DNA of 16,647 bases. Origin: Candidatus Zixiibacteriota bacterium (GTDB lineage Bacteria > Zixibacteria > MSB-5A5 > CAIYYT01). The first letter of the stretch is position 1. Each line of letters begins with the position of its first letter. A program made the translations under genes and the position numbers. Of this stretch, positions 13,946 through 16,647 are shown piece after piece. Below the pieces are notes generated by a model that worked only from the letters and a program-made list of their open reading frames with translations, was not told the origin of the DNA and searched no databases. The stretch lies in assembly GCA_040235515.1 (NCBI GenBank), contig JBECKX010000165.1:1-16647 (forward strand), in the 5' to 3' direction.

Positions 13946-14303
13946 TAAAAAAGACTATGGACAGGAAGCGGTTATCGTGCTGCCGGGACAGGTGCTCGAT
14001 AACAATAACGCCCACGAAGTGATGCAGATCGTGGATGATTCCCTCAAGGCGAACAAGCGGATCGTCTTGTTCGATATGTCCACGGTCGAGTTCCTCTCCT
14101 CCGCCGGCGTGGGCTCTCTGATAAGCTCCCTCTCGACACTCAACAACGGCGGCGGCACGATGTGCCTGTTCGGGCTCTCAGACAAGATATTGCACGTACT
14201 CCAGGTGCTCGACCTAGGCGACTACATGCCGATAGAAGCTGACCTGGAGTCTGCGTACGCTTGCTGTCGCTCTGTGTCTCAAATTGAAAAGTCTACTGAT
14301 TAG
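13938..14303 (+). CDS. STAS-domain anti-sigma factor antagonist (RsbV/SpoIIAA-like)
   Basis: GTG start with GAGGA SD, 121 aa. The motif VLFDMSTVEFLSSAGVGSLI contains the canonical phospho-acceptor Ser region. Overlaps the upstream gene by 8 nt. Confidence 0.92.
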   Translation: MLDKKDYGQEAVIVLPGQVLDNNNAHEVMQIVDDSLKANKRIVLFDMSTVEFLSSAGVGSLISSLSTLNNGGGTMCLFGLSDKILHVLQVLDLGDYMPIEADLESAYACCRSVSQIEKSTD

Positions 14304-14438
14304 GTTCGGTGCAACAATACCATGTCCGCAATTCGCTCACCATTGATCCCGGCAAGTTCACTTCACTTCCCGCAATTACTTCATCCCGAGGTTCAGCCCG
14401 TAAATCGACGCTGAATGCAGCTTGCTAAGCCCTGGTTA

Positions 14439-14467
14439 GCTTCAGGTGCGCGCGAAATTGCCGAAAA
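14439..14467 (+). promoter_or_regulatory. Candidate sigma28-family promoter of the histidine kinase gene
   Basis: GCTTCA (14439-14444)-N15-GCCGAAAA (14460-14467), with the same upstream hexamer and spacing as 698-726. Confidence 0.45.
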
Positions 14468-14545
14468 CTAGAATACAGGCGGCTCTCCATCAGGGGCAAT
14501 TCTTGGGAGCAATCAAAAACGACTCAACTGGTCCAAAATGAAACT

Positions 14546-16285
14546 ATGACAGACCCATCACCTGCAAGCAACCTACCCCACTCACTCGAAGGAGTCGATG
14601 ATTCCGAGTACACGAATCCCACGCATTGGCTGAGTGTACTCAACAGCATTGTTGATGCCGTGATCACGACCGATCGCTTCGGTGTGGTAGATTTCCTCAA
14701 TCCGGGTGCTGAGCGGATGATTGGCGTCACGAGTAGCGACTGCCTCGGCAAGGGAATCAACGAAATCCTCGAGCTGCGCGACGAATACAGCGGCGACCCC
14801 ATGCCGTGCTACAGGCACGCTGATCAGGAGGATGGCTCATCCGAGGATATGTCGTTCCGTGCATTCCTGGTACGTCCCGATGGCGATAAGGTGCTCGTTG
14901 ACGGCACATTCGCGATGATCGGTCCCCGGTCGGAAAACGACCAAAGCAGAAAATCTGTCTGGGTACTGCGAGACCGCTCCAAACGCCAGTTTTCGGAAGC
15001 CTACCTGCGTGAATCGGAGGAAGGCTTTACACGACTCGCCGATACCACCGCGGATGTGATCATCCTTGTCAATGCCGAGAAACTGATCACCTTCTGGAAC
15101 CATGCCGCCGCGGCATTGAGCGGCTTCCCGCCGAAAGATGTAATCGGCAAGGAGCTCTCGGAGTTCGTACGATTCGGAAAGGCTACTAAGGAGGCGAGCG
15201 AGACGACTCAAACGGATTCGCAGATCGGCTACTTCAATTATCTCGAGTCGATCTCGCAACTCGAAATCGTCACGACCTACGGGGAACTGATTCCGGTAGA
15301 GGCTTCCCTCTCCTCGATTCAGTTGCGTGGAAGCTGGTTCACCGTCCTGATTTGCCGAGATGTTCGCGAGCGCAAGCGTGCCGAGATCGAAATCAACCGC
15401 TACCGGCTTCAACTCGAAGACCTCGTGCAGGAACGTACGCGTGAGCTGGTGAAAACCAACGAACAACTGAAGAACGAAATCGCGCAGCGCATCCACGAAG
15501 AAGAACAGCGCCGCAAACTGGAGGAACGGGTTCGTCGTGCCGAGAAGATGGAGTCGCTCGGAATCCTCGCCGGTGGCGTGGCACATGATCTCAACAACCT
15601 GCTCAGCCCGTTGCTCGGCTATCCACAGATACTGCGCACCTTGGTGCCGGCGGACAGGAAAATCCAGCACATGATCGAACAGATCGAAACCGCAGCCGAG
15701 GACGCCGTGGCGATAGTGGATGATCTCCACACATTCTCCCGCAGAAGCCGCTGCAACCTGAAACCGATCAGCCTGAATGACGTGGTCGATCGCTTCCTGA
15801 AATCATCGATCTATGACCGCTTGCGTAGACGTAAGCCGGGCGTGGAAGTGACGCTCCAACTCGACGAGAAGCTGCCACCGGTCAACGGCTCATCACCCCA
15901 CCTCATGAAGGTGGTCATGAACCTGGTTGTGAACGCTTACGACGCGATGGGTGAAGAGGGATCTCTCGTCATCGAGACGGCGGCAACCGATCGCGCCAGG
16001 CTTATGAATGGATACGAGAGCATGATCCCCGGCAAGTATGTTTTCCTGCGCGTCACCGACAGCGGTGAAGGCATCCCGGAGGATAAGCTGGAACGAATCT
16101 TCGAGCCCTACTTCTCGACCAAACAGATGAACGAAAGCGGCACCGGCCTGGGGCTGGCAATCGTATATGGTGTCGTTAAGGACCATCATGGTTACTATGA
16201 TGTCATCTCCCGGGTGGGAGAGGGCACAACCTTCCTGATCTACCTGCCGGAAGCACTCACCGAGGATCGATCCACAGATTCGTAA
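14546..16285 (+). CDS. Cytoplasmic PAS-PAS sensor histidine kinase (HisKA + HATPase_c), no receiver domain
   Basis: Two PAS domains (LNSIVDAVITTD...NPGAERM; ADVIILVN...WNHAAAAL...RDVRERK) and a coiled coil. H-box LAGGVAHDLNNLL, N-box NLVVNAYDAM, D/F/G boxes DSGEGI, IFEPYFSTK, GTGLGL. No TM segments. The start codon is uncertain because the SD is weak. Confidence 0.93.
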   Translation: MTDPSPASNLPHSLEGVDDSEYTNPTHWLSVLNSIVDAVITTDRFGVVDFLNPGAERMIGVTSSDCLGKGINEILELRDEYSGDPMPCYRHADQEDGSSEDMSFRAFLVRPDGDKVLVDGTFAMIGPRSENDQSRKSVWVLRDRSKRQFSEAYLRESEEGFTRLADTTADVIILVNAEKLITFWNHAAAALSGFPPKDVIGKELSEFVRFGKATKEASETTQTDSQIGYFNYLESISQLEIVTTYGELIPVEASLSSIQLRGSWFTVLICRDVRERKRAEIEINRYRLQLEDLVQERTRELVKTNEQLKNEIAQRIHEEEQRRKLEERVRRAEKMESLGILAGGVAHDLNNLLSPLLGYPQILRTLVPADRKIQHMIEQIETAAEDAVAIVDDLHTFSRRSRCNLKPISLNDVVDRFLKSSIYDRLRRRKPGVEVTLQLDEKLPPVNGSSPHLMKVVMNLVVNAYDAMGEEGSLVIETAATDRARLMNGYESMIPGKYVFLRVTDSGEGIPEDKLERIFEPYFSTKQMNESGTGLGLAIVYGVVKDHHGYYDVISRVGEGTTFLIYLPEALTEDRSTDS

Positions 16286-16387
16286 CCGTCAGCTACGAAC
16301 TCCGCCGGCTGACTGCATCTACTTTTTTGTTGTAACTTCCGCACGCATTCGATAGTTTCGAGCTGCGGCCAAAGCCGTTTTGGATAT

Positions 16388-16461
16388 GCCCCCGTAGCTC
16401 ATCCGGATAGAGCATCTGCCTTCTAAGCAGAGGGTAGCAGGTTCGAGTCCTGCCGGGGGTA
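16388..16461 (+). tRNA. tRNA-Arg (anticodon TCT), CCA not encoded
   Basis: Acceptor stem GCCCCCG/CGGGGGT, D arm TAGCTCATCCGGATAGAGC, anticodon arm TCTGC-CTTCTAA-GCAGA (TCT at 16422-16424), T arm GCAGG-TTCGAGT-CCTGC, discriminator A. Confidence 0.97.
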
Positions 16462-16647
16462 TAAAATCTTAGCCCCCAGAGAGACAACTAGCGGCTACCT
16501 GGATCACATTCACGGCAGGACTTGTATAGAATACGGCGTTTGTATACCGGGGGCCAGTCAATCAGGTGAGAAGTCGCTGGGGGCTCAAATCAATGGGGTC
16601 ACTACAAGCATTATCAAGACGCCAAACTGCTGTGGTGTCTCCAGGGG

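Noticed and set aside
14349..14466. Possible c-di-GMP (GEMM) riboswitch suggested by CGGCAA/TTGCCG and GCTAA/TTAGC pairings
   Set aside because: The GAAA-tetraloop P1 and GCAAA junction are missing, and TTGCCGAAAA is better explained as the sigma28-like -10 box.
16289..16328. Intrinsic terminator after the histidine kinase
   Set aside because: The TCAGC/GCTGA stem is weak with a long loop and is separated from the T-tract. The region may instead be the tRNA promoter.
16293..16487. 64-aa minus-strand ORF
   Set aside because: It is the antisense reading of the tRNA-Arg gene.
1..16647. CRISPR array, transposase, integrase or reverse transcriptase
   Set aside because: No regularly spaced nucleotide repeats or such protein motifs were seen. 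The long repeats are protein-domain repeats.

Overview
A GC-rich bacterial window, probably from a non-Bacteroidota FCB-group organism (inferred from the T9SS-type sorting domain and PorV-like gene). Its core is a five-gene + strand operon in which every gene overlaps the next. The genes encode (1) a ~2,920-aa secreted repeat protein with a beta-helix tip, Ig-like stalk and T9SS/FlgD-Ig-type C-terminal domain, (2) a PorV/PorQ-like outer-membrane barrel fused to a long TPR region, (3) an inner-membrane HAMP-PP2C (SpoIIE/RsbU-like) phosphatase, (4) a STAS-HATPase (RsbV-RsbW-like) fusion and (5) a standalone STAS anti-anti-sigma factor. Downstream lie a PAS-PAS histidine kinase without a receiver domain, tRNA-Arg(UCU) and a self-complementary non-coding tail. 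A divergent gene probably starts at position 12 on the minus strand. The same sigma28-like motif (GCTTCA-N15-GCCGAWA) precedes both the operon and the kinase. This suggests, by inference only, a surface-to-cytoplasm partner-switching circuit controlling a giant T9SS-exported surface protein.
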